Source: Flavobacteriales bacterium
GTDB lineage: Bacteria > Bacteroidota > Bacteroidia > Flavobacteriales_F > PHOS-HE28
Assembly (NCBI GenBank): GCA_016705955.1
Contig: JADJKO010000007.1
Coordinates: 128,944 to 192,943, forward strand
Length of the DNA: 64,000 nt
Reading direction: 5' to 3'
Below, in pieces: positions 40,032 through 49,654 of the stretch (its first letter is position 1; the number at the start of each line of letters is the position of its first letter). The notes beneath the pieces are model-generated. The model saw only the letters and a program-made list of their open reading frames with translations. It had not been told where the DNA came from and searched no databases. Both the position numbers and the translations under genes were made by a program.

Positions 40032-40874
40032 GTGCTGCCTGCCAGCACGGACGAATTGATCGATCGCGCCTTCCGCGAGGATGTGGGCGATGGTGATCAT
40101 ACCACGCTGGCAACCATCCCGGAAGGATCGAAAGGCGCCGCCCGGTTGTTGGTGAAGCAGGATGGCATCCTGGCCGGCGTTGAACTCGCGGAGCACATCG
40201 CGAAACGCTTTGACCCCGAACTTTCGTTGCGCGTGTACATCATCGATGGAGCGCGTGTATCGCCGCCTGACATCGCCTTCGATCTTCGTGGGCCGCAACG
40301 ATCCATCTTGACCGTGGAACGCGTGATGCTCAACTTCATGCAGCGCCTTGGCGGGATCGCGACGCTGACGCGGCAATACGTGGACGCGGTGGAAGGCACC
40401 AAGTGCGAGATCCTCGATACGCGGAAGACCACGCCAGGACTTCGTGAGTTGGAGAAATGGGCCGTGCGTCTTGGCGGTGGCACCAATCATCGTCTCGGGC
40501 TGCACGACATGATCATGATCAAGGACAACCACGCCGATATGTGCGGCGGGATCCCGCAGGCGATCGCTGCTGCCAAGGAATACCTGCAACGCACAGGCAA
40601 GGATCTGCCGATCGAGGTGGAAACCCGGAACTTGGAAGAAGTGGAACTCGTGATGCGGACAGGCGGCGTACAACGGGTGATGCTGGACAACTTCACGCCC
40701 TACTTGTTGCGCAAGGCGATTGACCGGATCGAAGGGAAATACATCACTGAAGCGTCCGGCGGCATCACCTTGGAAACCATCCGATCCTACGCGGAAACCG
40801 GTGTCGATTCGATCTCCATCGGTGCGCTTACGCACAGCGCCCGTGCGTTGGACCTCAGTTTGAAAGCACACTGA
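40032..40874 (+). CDS. nadC: nicotinate-nucleotide pyrophosphorylase (carboxylating)
   Basis: QPRTase motifs (LDTRKTTPGLR, IKDNH, VMLDNF, SGGI). Confidence 0.9.
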   Translation: MLPASTDELIDRAFREDVGDGDHTTLATIPEGSKGAARLLVKQDGILAGVELAEHIAKRFDPELSLRVYIIDGARVSPPDIAFDLRGPQRSILTVERVMLNFMQRLGGIATLTRQYVDAVEGTKCEILDTRKTTPGLRELEKWAVRLGGGTNHRLGLHDMIMIKDNHADMCGGIPQAIAAAKEYLQRTGKDLPIEVETRNLEEVELVMRTGGVQRVMLDNFTPYLLRKAIDRIEGKYITEASGGITLETIRSYAETGVDSISIGALTHSARALDLSLKAH

Positions 40875-40878
40875 GAGC

Positions 40879-41819
40879 ATGATCAAACGTCTGCTGCGCC
40901 GACTGATGTTTTCCAGGACGTTCCGTCGGCTGATCGGGTGGAGCCAACGGATCATTCTCCCGGGCTGCGAAGGGTTCAACCTGTACCGGATCTCCCGCTT
41001 CTTCGTGTCAGCCCTGGCCAGGGCCGGATCGTTACGCGCGCATCCGCTATCGCATTCAAGTTGTTCCTGGCCTTCTTCCCTGCGGTCATCGTGCTGCTCA
41101 CCCTCATCCCCTTTGTCCCGATCGAGGACTTCCAGACCAAGCTGCTGGTCACCTTCAAGGACATGATGCCGATGGAAGTCTTCAAGTTCATCCAAAGCAC
41201 GTTGGAGGATCTGGTGGTGAAGAAGCACGGGACCTTGCTCTCGATCAGTTTCCTGGTCGGTATCTACCTCGCCAGCAACAGCATCGATGCGATCCTGGCC
41301 GGATTCAGCGGAAGCGCGAATCACACCACATGGCACAGTCCCTTCAAGCAGCGCCTGCTCAGCCTTGGTCTGCTGGTAGCGCTCACCGTGCTCATGGTCA
41401 TTGCCATTCCGTTGCTCACCGTGAGCGGCACCGTGATCTACAAGTTGGACGGCCTTGGTTTCTTCACCAGTGAACTCCATGTACTGGCACTCTTCGCCGT
41501 GAAGTGGACGATCTCGGTATTGATCGTGGCCATGTCCGTTTCCTTGCTCTACAATGCGGGTGACCCGACCACGCGCCGGTTCAAGCTTTTCTCCCCCGGC
41601 GTTCTATTGGCCGTGTTCCTGATCCTCGTCGTCTCACAGGCCCTTGCATTCATGTTCGGGCACTTCACCAATTACAATGCGCTGTACGGGTCCATCGGTG
41701 CGATCCTGGCCGTGCAGCTGTGGATCTACTTCAACATGATCGCGATCCTCGTGGGCTACGAGTTGAACACGAGCATTGCCCGTGCGCGGATCCTGCACCG
41801 TTCACGGCTGGAGGTCTGA
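40879..41819 (+). pseudogene. YihY/BrkB-family membrane protein with a 1-nt frameshift near 41017-41021
   Basis: The N-terminus (MIKRLLRRL...IILPGCEGFNLYRISRFFVSALA) is in one frame. The rest (GRIVTRASAIAFKLFLAFFPAVIVLL..., 6 TM) is in the +1 frame. One C inserted into the GGCCAGG run would restore a typical YihY N-terminus. Confidence 0.7.
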
Positions 41820-41873
41820 TCCGATCCAACCTTTCCGGATACCTTCGGGCCCATGCCCGGATCAGGCACCTCC

Positions 41874-44800
41874 ATGCGACCTATACTCCTACTCTGCGCC
41901 TTCTCATTGGCCCTTAGCCTACCAGCCCAACGGTATGATGACCAACATCCGCCGAACACCTATCGCAACGCGGACAACCCGTACTACTGGAAGAACCGCC
42001 CACCTTATGAAGGCTATTGGCAGCAGGACGTCCATTACCTGATCAAGGCGCGCATGGATGATGAGTTGGATGCGATCGATGGCGAACTCACCCTCTACTA
42101 CAACAACAATTCACCCGACACGCTGCGGTATGTGTTCTTCCACCTCTACCAGGAAGCCTATGTGAATGGATCACACCTCGCGGAAAAGATGGCCGCAGAG
42201 GGCGAGGACATGCGGCGGTACCGGAAAATGGCCTACGCCGGCACGCGGATCAAGAGCCTGACCTCGGAAAGCGATACCCTGCGCACGGAACAGGACAACA
42301 CCGTCCTGAAGGTCTGGTTGAATGAGCCATTGCCTCCCGGTGAACGCACGGTCTTCCGGATCTCCTTCAGCACGCATTGGGCGAATGGTCTGCCACGCCG
42401 GATGAAGCTCTTCAATTCATGGGGATCCAAACACTATGACGGTGTGCATTGGTATCCGCGCATCGCCGTCTATGATCGCAAGTTCGGCTGGGACACGCAG
42501 CAGCACTTGGGCAGCGAGTTCTACGGGGACTTCGGCACCTTCGACGTGGAACTGGATTTCCCGCACCAGTACGTACTCGATGCCACCGGCGTGTTGCAGA
42601 ACCCGAGCGAGGTGATGCCTGCGGATCTGCGTGCGCGCTTGGACATCACCAACTTCAAGGACAAACCTTGGAACGAAGCGCCTTCGGTGATCACGCCTCC
42701 GGAACCCGGTAAACGGAAAGTGTGGAAGTTCCACAGCGAGAACACGCATGACTTCGCGTTCACGGCGGACCCCACCTACCGGATCGGTGAAGCCGAATGG
42801 AACGGCGTGAAGTGCATCGCACTGGTGCAGGAACCACACGCGAGCAAGTGGCAGAATGCGGCGGAGTATTGCGCGAAGGTCATCAAAGCGCATAGCACAT
42901 CCTTCGGCATGTACGCCTACCCGAAGATGATCGTGGCCGACGCACGCGACGGCATGGAGTACCCCATGCTCACCTTGGATAGCGGCAACGAGCCGAACTA
43001 CCGCGGATTGTTCGTGCATGAGATCGGGCACAACTGGTTCTTCGGCATGGTGGGCAGCAATGAGACCTATCGTGCATTCATGGACGAGGGCTTCACGCAA
43101 TTCCTCACCGCCTGGGGATTGGAGAAGATCGACGGCGACACCGTGGTGGTGGAGGAACCGGCAACGAAGTACGAGCAGCGCTACACCAAACCCGAACTGG
43201 CCCGGGAGAGCGAGGTCTATTACAGCTACCAGCGCGATGCGGTGCGCGATCGCCTACCTCCGATCAACACGCACAGTGACGAGTTCGACTACTTGTCCGC
43301 GAAGGGTTTCGGTGGATACGGCCATGTGTACAGCAAGACGGCCGTCATGCTCTTCAACCTGCAGTACACCTTGGGGGATGATCTCTTCCTCGCTGCGATG
43401 CAGCACTATTTCGACCAATGGAAGATCTGTCACCCGTACCCGGAGGACTTCCGACAGAGCATGATCGATTTCACCAAGGTGGACCTGAACTGGTTCTTCG
43501 ATCAGTGGATCGAAACGGACAAGCGGATCGACTACGCCGTGGGCAAGGTCACCGGGAAACGCAATGATGCCGGACAGACGATCGAGATCAAACGGAAGGG
43601 ATCGTTGCAGATGCCGATCGATCTTCGCGTGACCGGCAATGATGGGAACATCCATGACTTCCACATTCCCAATACGTGGTTCGAGAAGAAGACCAATGCG
43701 ACGGTGCTACCGCGATGGATCGGCCTGGGTGAATTGCAGCAGTCCTACACGGCCAAGGTGAACATCCCCACCGGGATCTCGCAAGTGGACATCGATCCCA
43801 CGAACCGATTGGCGGATGCGAACAAATTGAATGATCACATGGCACTACCCGTGGAAGTGACCTTCGATCACCACATCCGCAACTACCCGGACCGACGGAC
43901 CTACGAGGCCTTCGTGCGGCCGGACCTTTGGTGGAACGGCTATGACGGTGTGAAGGCCGGCTTCCACGTGAACGGTAGCTACATGAAGTACAAGCACCGC
44001 TTCTCGCTAAGCGCGTGGTTGAACACCGGCCTTGGACAATACCTCCCACCGGATACGAAGGACGTGCCGGCGGATTCCATTCCCGGCAATGCGAACACCG
44101 GCTTCGATCCGATCTCCTTCAACTTCCTTTACTCGAACGGTACGGAGAAACTGCTGAAGGGATCCAGCGTCTTTGCGCAAGCGCGAATGCTCGATGGCTT
44201 GAACCGGTTCAGCGCAGGATTCCAGTACTCCTTGCCCAACGGCCGAACGGATGCGCAAGTGGAAGCGCTGTACTTCTGGCGCAAGGACAGTACGGACCTC
44301 ACCTACCTCATCAACCCGCAGGAGTGGGACTTGAATGCGTTGAACGCCTCCATCAACACCAGCGTCCGCCACCGGTACGACTACGCGATGGGCCGCGGAG
44401 ATCTGCTCTTTGAGACCCGTTCCAGCGCGCCTGGATCCGCAGCGGGCTATGGGTGGCTCCGGCTCAAGGCGGTAAACACCACCAATGCCGCCGGACTCGA
44501 ATTCCGGACGCGTGTATTCGCACAGTACGGCAGCGGATCAACGCCGCGTGAAAGTGCATTGTACCTCGCGGGAGCATCGCCCGAGGACCTGATGGAGAAC
44601 AAGTACACGCGCAGTGTTGGCATGGTGCCCTATGATTGGTCAGGCTTCGGTGCGGGGGTGAACCATTTCCAACAGGGCGGTGGTCTTGGCTTGCGCGGGT
44701 ATGCAGGTTACCTCGCGCCTGAACTCACGAGCGATGATGACCTCATCTACACCTACCTCGGCAACACGGGTGCATCCATGAGCGGCGAGATCGACCTCGA

Positions 44801-45107
44801 CGGACTTGTGCCTTTCCGTCCCGGCAAACTCGCGCGCGTCCTTCACCTCGATGCGTACCTCTTCGGCGATGTGGGTGTGATGGGCTATCGCACGCGCCGA
44901 TCAGGGAGCACCACGTTGACCATCGCTGATCCGCGCGCGGATGCCGGTGCCGGTTGTGCGCTCACGATCAAACGCTGGGGACCGCTCACGGACCTCAAGC
45001 CGCTCACGATCCGCTTCGATATGCCGCTGTTGCTCTCGGCACTACCGGCGGGCGAGTCGGATCATTTCGCTTTTAGGTACGTGGTAGCGATCGGGAGGAG
45101 TTTCTAA
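41874..45107 (+). CDS. M1-family zinc metallopeptidase (gluzincin) with a ~550-aa C-terminal beta-rich extension ending in an outer-membrane-like terminal Phe
   Basis: Signal peptide. HEIGHNWFFG...X18...E gluzincin motif. C-terminus ...HFAFRYVVAIGRSF with alternating aromatic/hydrophobic residues, reminiscent of OM beta-barrel termini. Confidence 0.75.
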   Translation: MRPILLLCAFSLALSLPAQRYDDQHPPNTYRNADNPYYWKNRPPYEGYWQQDVHYLIKARMDDELDAIDGELTLYYNNNSPDTLRYVFFHLYQEAYVNGSHLAEKMAAEGEDMRRYRKMAYAGTRIKSLTSESDTLRTEQDNTVLKVWLNEPLPPGERTVFRISFSTHWANGLPRRMKLFNSWGSKHYDGVHWYPRIAVYDRKFGWDTQQHLGSEFYGDFGTFDVELDFPHQYVLDATGVLQNPSEVMPADLRARLDITNFKDKPWNEAPSVITPPEPGKRKVWKFHSENTHDFAFTADPTYRIGEAEWNGVKCIALVQEPHASKWQNAAEYCAKVIKAHSTSFGMYAYPKMIVADARDGMEYPMLTLDSGNEPNYRGLFVHEIGHNWFFGMVGSNETYRAFMDEGFTQFLTAWGLEKIDGDTVVVEEPATKYEQRYTKPELARESEVYYSYQRDAVRDRLPPINTHSDEFDYLSAKGFGGYGHVYSKTAVMLFNLQYTLGDDLFLAAMQHYFDQWKICHPYPEDFRQSMIDFTKVDLNWFFDQWIETDKRIDYAVGKVTGKRNDAGQTIEIKRKGSLQMPIDLRVTGNDGNIHDFHIPNTWFEKKTNATVLPRWIGLGELQQSYTAKVNIPTGISQVDIDPTNRLADANKLNDHMALPVEVTFDHHIRNYPDRRTYEAFVRPDLWWNGYDGVKAGFHVNGSYMKYKHRFSLSAWLNTGLGQYLPPDTKDVPADSIPGNANTGFDPISFNFLYSNGTEKLLKGSSVFAQARMLDGLNRFSAGFQYSLPNGRTDAQVEALYFWRKDSTDLTYLINPQEWDLNALNASINTSVRHRYDYAMGRGDLLFETRSSAPGSAAGYGWLRLKAVNTTNAAGLEFRTRVFAQYGSGSTPRESALYLAGASPEDLMENKYTRSVGMVPYDWSGFGAGVNHFQQGGGLGLRGYAGYLAPELTSDDDLIYTYLGNTGASMSGEIDLDGLVPFRPGKLARVLHLDAYLFGDVGVMGYRTRRSGSTTLTIADPRADAGAGCALTIKRWGPLTDLKPLTIRFDMPLLLSALPAGESDHFAFRYVVAIGRSF

Positions 45108-45132
45108 CAGCGTCCACGATTGTTTGGGATGA

Positions 45133-46374
45133 TCACCGACTAACCGTGATCCGACCGCTCATGAAGGTGGTACGGTCCGCGAGCAACCTCAGGGTATAGA
45201 TGCCGGAGGCGACCCCGCTCAGGTCAACGGGTTCGCTTTCGATGAACGGTACTGATAGGACCTGCTGGCCGAGCGCATTGATCAGCTGCAACTCTACTCC
45301 GGAAGGAGGAACGCAGCACGTTGCAGTGATCCGAACATGATCCCCATTCGATGGATTGGGTGAAATGCGGAGTCGTCCGTCCCGCTCTTCCGGTTCCCGG
45401 ACCCCATTGAGATCCACTTTGACCAATTCCCAGAGATCATTGTGGTAGGTCTCGCTCGGGAGCAAGTGCGAACCCAGCCCACCGAATGTGCGATCACCGA
45501 TACCGAACGATGTACCACTCCAACCACTAGCTCCCGGGTAATCCGGGATCGGATTCCATGTGTTCGACGCAGGATGATACCGGTAAGCATCATAGAAAAC
45601 ATTGAGTCCGACATCCTTCCCTCCGGCAATGACCGCATCGTATTGAAAGGCCATCACCATGGTCCATGATCGACCCAAGCCCGGCATCGGCGGCTTGCTG
45701 GTCCACGTTTCCGCGATCGGATCGAACTCCCACAATTCATTGGTGAAGTCCAAGCTGGCATCCCTTCCACCATGGACATAACCCTTTCCGTTCAATGTAA
45801 AAGCCGTGGACCCATATCGTGCAAGTCCGGGGATCCCCGTCGCAGCGGTCCATGTATCGCTCACGGGATCATACCGCCACATGTCATCGAGGAACGGACC
45901 GGTGCCGGATCCGCTGTTCCCACCGCCGACATATCCAAACCCATTGATCGCGAAGCCGTGCGCGCCATAGCGCGGCGTGCCAGGCAGCGACGCTTTCGTT
46001 GCCCACGAATCGGAGATCGGGTCATAGGCATACAGTGTGGTGGTCCAACTGCTCGTCGTTGCTTGACCACAAGCCACATAGCCCATTCCACCCACGCTGA
46101 AGGATGCACCGTGCCTTCTTGGTGTTGGCAAACTTGCGACCTGGTTCCACGCATCGGCTACCGGGTCATATCGCCAGCATTCGGTCAGGGTGCCGCTGGC
46201 ATTCCCCCCACCTGCTACATAACCGTACGCACCGATCACGAACGTGAATGGACCGTACCGGCCACTTGCGGGGAGCGACGCACGTTGTTCCCATTGGAAT
46301 GAAGCCTGGGCGGAAACACCCTTCGCACTTGTGAGGGTCACGCAGAGCGCGATCAACAGTGGGGTCGATTTCAT
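45133..46374 (-). CDS. Kelch-repeat beta-propeller protein with T9SS type-A C-terminal sorting domain
   Basis: Signal peptide. Six Kelch-like repeats (YGxxGFxxNGxGYVxGG pattern). C-terminal ISPNPSNGDH...GIYTLRLL...ITVSR. Confidence 0.7.
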   Translation of the reverse strand: MKSTPLLIALCVTLTSAKGVSAQASFQWEQRASLPASGRYGPFTFVIGAYGYVAGGGNASGTLTECWRYDPVADAWNQVASLPTPRRHGASFSVGGMGYVACGQATTSSWTTTLYAYDPISDSWATKASLPGTPRYGAHGFAINGFGYVGGGNSGSGTGPFLDDMWRYDPVSDTWTAATGIPGLARYGSTAFTLNGKGYVHGGRDASLDFTNELWEFDPIAETWTSKPPMPGLGRSWTMVMAFQYDAVIAGGKDVGLNVFYDAYRYHPASNTWNPIPDYPGASGWSGTSFGIGDRTFGGLGSHLLPSETYHNDLWELVKVDLNGVREPEERDGRLRISPNPSNGDHVRITATCCVPPSGVELQLINALGQQVLSVPFIESEPVDLSGVASGIYTLRLLADRTTFMSGRITVSR

Positions 46375-46428
46375 TTCACACCCAGATATGGATCCGAATG
46401 TACTGCGCCAAGGTCGCGAAGCACCGGG

Positions 46429-47499
46429 TCATCGCTCCGCTCGAGCGATCCCGGAAACAAGATCTGAAAAACGCTGACGCGCTGTGATCGGATATCGATC
46501 GGTGATCCGCTGACGGGCCATCGCTCCTTTCAACCCGGTGTCACACAACAAGGCTGCACCAATGATGGGTTGCAATTCGACCGCGTTCCGGTGCTCCACA
46601 ACGAATCCCGTGTCCCCTACGATCTCCGGCAACGCGGCCACCTTACTCACGATCGGCACACAGCCGCAGAGCATCGCTTCACAGGGCGCGCTGGGGAATC
46701 CTTCCCAAATGCTCAGTTGCACGTAGAACTCGTGCCGCGCATACATCGCAGGCAACTCCTCGTAGGGAATGAAACCGATCAATTCCACGTTCGTGGGAAC
46801 GTGATCGTATCGCATGGCCGTGGTGTTGCCGACCAAGGTGAAATGGCATTGCGGGAATTTCTCGGCCATAGCGAAGAACAGATCGATCCCCTTGCGTTGG
46901 AAGTTCGGCGCGTTCATTTGCGCGACGGTGAGAAAGGATCCGGGACGTCGCACGCCGACGGGTTTGAATCGCTCCGGATCGTAGCCGTACGCGATCACCG
47001 TGCAGGGTGTGCTGTTCCCGGGATCGAAAGCCTTGTAGCCTTGATGGATCGGATCACCCGCTGCCGTTGAGTAATGTTGATCGGAATGGATCAGGTTCTC
47101 GCTGCAAGGCACCAGGTGAGTTGCCATGCGCAATGACCTGCGCGTCATCCAACCCATGGGGAAACGGTGATGCGCACCGTAGCGGAACGATGGGAACGAA
47201 GCACAGTCATAACCACCAAGTGAAATGACGGCTGGAACCTTGAACATCCGACCAAGCAAGGCCGGCAGGAAGGAATGGAAACCACCGAACTGGGTGACGC
47301 TCACCGCAGCGGATGGAAGGTGGCGCAGCAGGAAGAAGAGTTGTCGGATCAAGGACCACGGTGTTAGCCACTTGCTCCTTGGTGCGAAGACGTGGATCAC
47401 CACCTCGAATTCCTTGGAGAGCAAGGCCACATCATTCCGCGCGAATGATGCCATGATCGTGGTGCAGTAGATCAACTTGGGTTTGCGGATCTTGTTCAC
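46429..47499 (-). CDS. glycosyltransferase family 4
   Basis: C-terminal GT1 motif (EGFPSAPCEAMLCGCVPIVS). Confidence 0.7.
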   Translation of the reverse strand: MNKIRKPKLIYCTTIMASFARNDVALLSKEFEVVIHVFAPRSKWLTPWSLIRQLFFLLRHLPSAAVSVTQFGGFHSFLPALLGRMFKVPAVISLGGYDCASFPSFRYGAHHRFPMGWMTRRSLRMATHLVPCSENLIHSDQHYSTAAGDPIHQGYKAFDPGNSTPCTVIAYGYDPERFKPVGVRRPGSFLTVAQMNAPNFQRKGIDLFFAMAEKFPQCHFTLVGNTTAMRYDHVPTNVELIGFIPYEELPAMYARHEFYVQLSIWEGFPSAPCEAMLCGCVPIVSKVAALPEIVGDTGFVVEHRNAVELQPIIGAALLCDTGLKGAMARQRITDRYPITARQRFSDLVSGIARAER

Positions 47500-47580
47500 G
47501 GCGCAGCGAAACTAGGGTAGGCATCCTCTCCAAAACTCCAACAGGTTGCGCTATCTTCGGAAACATCCAACTTCCTCACA

Positions 47581-48498
47581 ATGGGTTCTCGAACGGCTTT
47601 GTGTTTACTGATCCTGGTATCCGGAACGACTACAAGTGGACAGGCTGTCGTCCAGATCTACTCTGAAAAAGATGCGGTGATCGGATATCACTACAACCTG
47701 AATTCGGAGAATACCAATTACAATGGTGCGGACTGGTTTGGAGCGCTCTCCCAACCCGGAAATATGGGTGGAGAGAACAACTCTCGTTCCCTGATCCACT
47801 TCGACCTGAGCGACTTTCCGCCGGGCTCGCTGATCGATGAAGCGACGTTGGATCTATTCGGCCGAGGTGCCGTTGGTCTGGGCGATGCCGCTTCTGTGGG
47901 GAACATCGGCGCCAACGCCTGTTACCTCGAACAGATCACGGAGTTCTGGGAGGACAATACAGTGACTTGGAACACGCAGCCTTCTGTATCCTCGGTCAAT
48001 GCTGTGAGCCTTGTGCAGAGCACACAGTTGATCCAGGACTACATGAACATCGAAATAACTGCTATGGTCCAAGCCATGATCAATGATCCGTCGCAAGCAC
48101 AGGGCATTCTCTTGCGCGTACAGATCGAGGACCCTACCAGGGGCTTGTTCTTTTGTGGGAACGCATACGCCAACCCGGCCAAACGGCCCCGTTTGAATAT
48201 CAAGCCGCATGGGCATGTCTCGGTGCCCACTTATTCGAGGATCACGGAACTTCATTTGGCACCAAATCCTGTTGCCCTATATGATCGGAGCCGATTGGAA
48301 CTGCCTGATAATTTCCGTGCGGGTTGGATCAGTATCGTCGATCCCACCGGACGGCCGATCCAGGAAATTCCCATTGATGATCGCAGCCCACAGAAGGTGA
48401 CCATTCAACCACCGGCACCGGGACGATTTCTAGTGATCCTTAAGGATAGGAACGGAGTGGTTCTCGGATATGCCGAGCTGGTCGGTCTCCTTGAATAG
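47581..48498 (+). CDS. DNRLRE-domain secreted protein with T9SS C-terminal sorting domain
   Basis: Signal peptide. Region GGENNSRSLIHFDLSDFPPGSLIDEATLDLFG resembles the DNRLRE domain. The C-terminal ~80 aa (LAPNPVALYD...GRFLVILKD...LVGLLE) look like a type-A CTD. Confidence 0.5.
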   Translation: MGSRTALCLLILVSGTTTSGQAVVQIYSEKDAVIGYHYNLNSENTNYNGADWFGALSQPGNMGGENNSRSLIHFDLSDFPPGSLIDEATLDLFGRGAVGLGDAASVGNIGANACYLEQITEFWEDNTVTWNTQPSVSSVNAVSLVQSTQLIQDYMNIEITAMVQAMINDPSQAQGILLRVQIEDPTRGLFFCGNAYANPAKRPRLNIKPHGHVSVPTYSRITELHLAPNPVALYDRSRLELPDNFRAGWISIVDPTGRPIQEIPIDDRSPQKVTIQPPAPGRFLVILKDRNGVVLGYAELVGLLE

Positions 48499-48607
48499 CT
48501 AATTGACGTTGCTATTGTCGGCCATGCCGACCTGACGGGATCGGCATTCGACGATCGGCAGGCTAGATTTGGCCCTCAAATCCGCAACGATCATCATCTA
48601 GCATGGC

Positions 48608-49405
48608 ATGCGCTTGAGCGAACGTCTCTGCCTGTTGTTGAACCGGGCATTCCCGAAACGTGGGATCGAAGGTCGCGGATCACCAGGTGCCTATTCCGAA
48701 GCTCAGTTCCATTGGGCGGAAAAGAACTACAGCTTGTTCTCCTCGTCCATTGACCTGAAAGGCAAAGTGGTGTTGGATGCGGGGTGTGGGCCCGGAGGAA
48801 AGACCTTGTACTACGCAACCAAGGGATGCCGCAGCATTGTCGGCGTTGATCTTGATCCTGTTCGGATAGGGCATGCTCAACAATTCCTTCGCGCGCATCC
48901 GGATGTCAAGGTGGAATTCATGGTCGGTGATCTTTCCAAACTGGATTTTCCTGCGGATTCATTCGACGTGATCTTCCTCAACGATGTCTTTGAGCATGTC
49001 GCTCGCCCTCTCCTCGAACAGGTGTTGCAAGAACTGAAGCGGGTATTGAGACCCGGAGGGAGCATCTGCATGGAATTCCCTCCATGGACAAGTTTCGATG
49101 CCGGTCATCTATACGACCACATATATATCCCTTGGTGCCAGTTGATCTTCTCGGACCGGACGCTGGTCAACGTTCTGGAACACATGCAGGCCAAAGGACC
49201 GGAGATCGGAAGCAGTTCGGTCATTGACCATTATCTTGAATTGAACCGGATCACCATCCCCGAGGCACGGTCTCTCTTTCATAAACTGGCTTTCAACATT
49301 CGAGTGTTCCGGCATGAGCGAGTCAAAGGCATCAAGCTATTCGCATGGTGGCCTTGGCTCGATTCGCTGCTTACTCGAAGGGTCGTCGCTGTTCTTGGGA
49401 AGTAG
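48608..49405 (+). CDS. class I SAM-dependent methyltransferase
   Basis: Motif I VLDAGCGPGG, post-I VGVDLD, motif II DVIFLNDVFEH, motif III LRPGGSI. Confidence 0.75.
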   Translation: MRLSERLCLLLNRAFPKRGIEGRGSPGAYSEAQFHWAEKNYSLFSSSIDLKGKVVLDAGCGPGGKTLYYATKGCRSIVGVDLDPVRIGHAQQFLRAHPDVKVEFMVGDLSKLDFPADSFDVIFLNDVFEHVARPLLEQVLQELKRVLRPGGSICMEFPPWTSFDAGHLYDHIYIPWCQLIFSDRTLVNVLEHMQAKGPEIGSSSVIDHYLELNRITIPEARSLFHKLAFNIRVFRHERVKGIKLFAWWPWLDSLLTRRVVAVLGK

Positions 49406-49448
49406 CCCCCTTTCGAATACTCCCCACTCCTGTGGCGCTGGTAGTGAT

Positions 49449-49652
49449 GCCATGCATACCAAGACCAAGGTGAAGGCGGGAGGTATCATCGCTGGACACG
49501 ATTACGTCACCGGGAATTGGGACGGTGGGGTTCGCTACGGCGTAGTGGAAGCCGTACACGAATTCTGTGTGAAGTACGATTGGGAGCTCATCCTCCTAAC
49601 CCACGAAACCGACCGCCACTTGAGCTTCGCGATCCGCGCGATCAGCGAGTAG
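49449..49652 (+). pseudogene. orphan C-terminal fragment of a TylF/MycF-like (macrocin O-methyltransferase family) methyltransferase
   Basis: The 67-aa ORF segment GGIIAGHDYVTGNWDGGVRYGVVEAVHEFCVKYDWELI resembles the conserved C-terminus of TylF-family O-methyltransferases. No N-terminal SAM-binding part is present upstream in any frame. Confidence 0.35.
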
Positions 49653-49654
49653 CC

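Noticed and set aside
48517-48531. Short hairpin GTCGGC-cat-GCCGAC and an 8-nt direct repeat (GATCGGCA x2) downstream of the DNRLRE gene.
   Set aside because: The stem is only 6 bp with no U-tract. It is too weak to call a terminator or repeat element.
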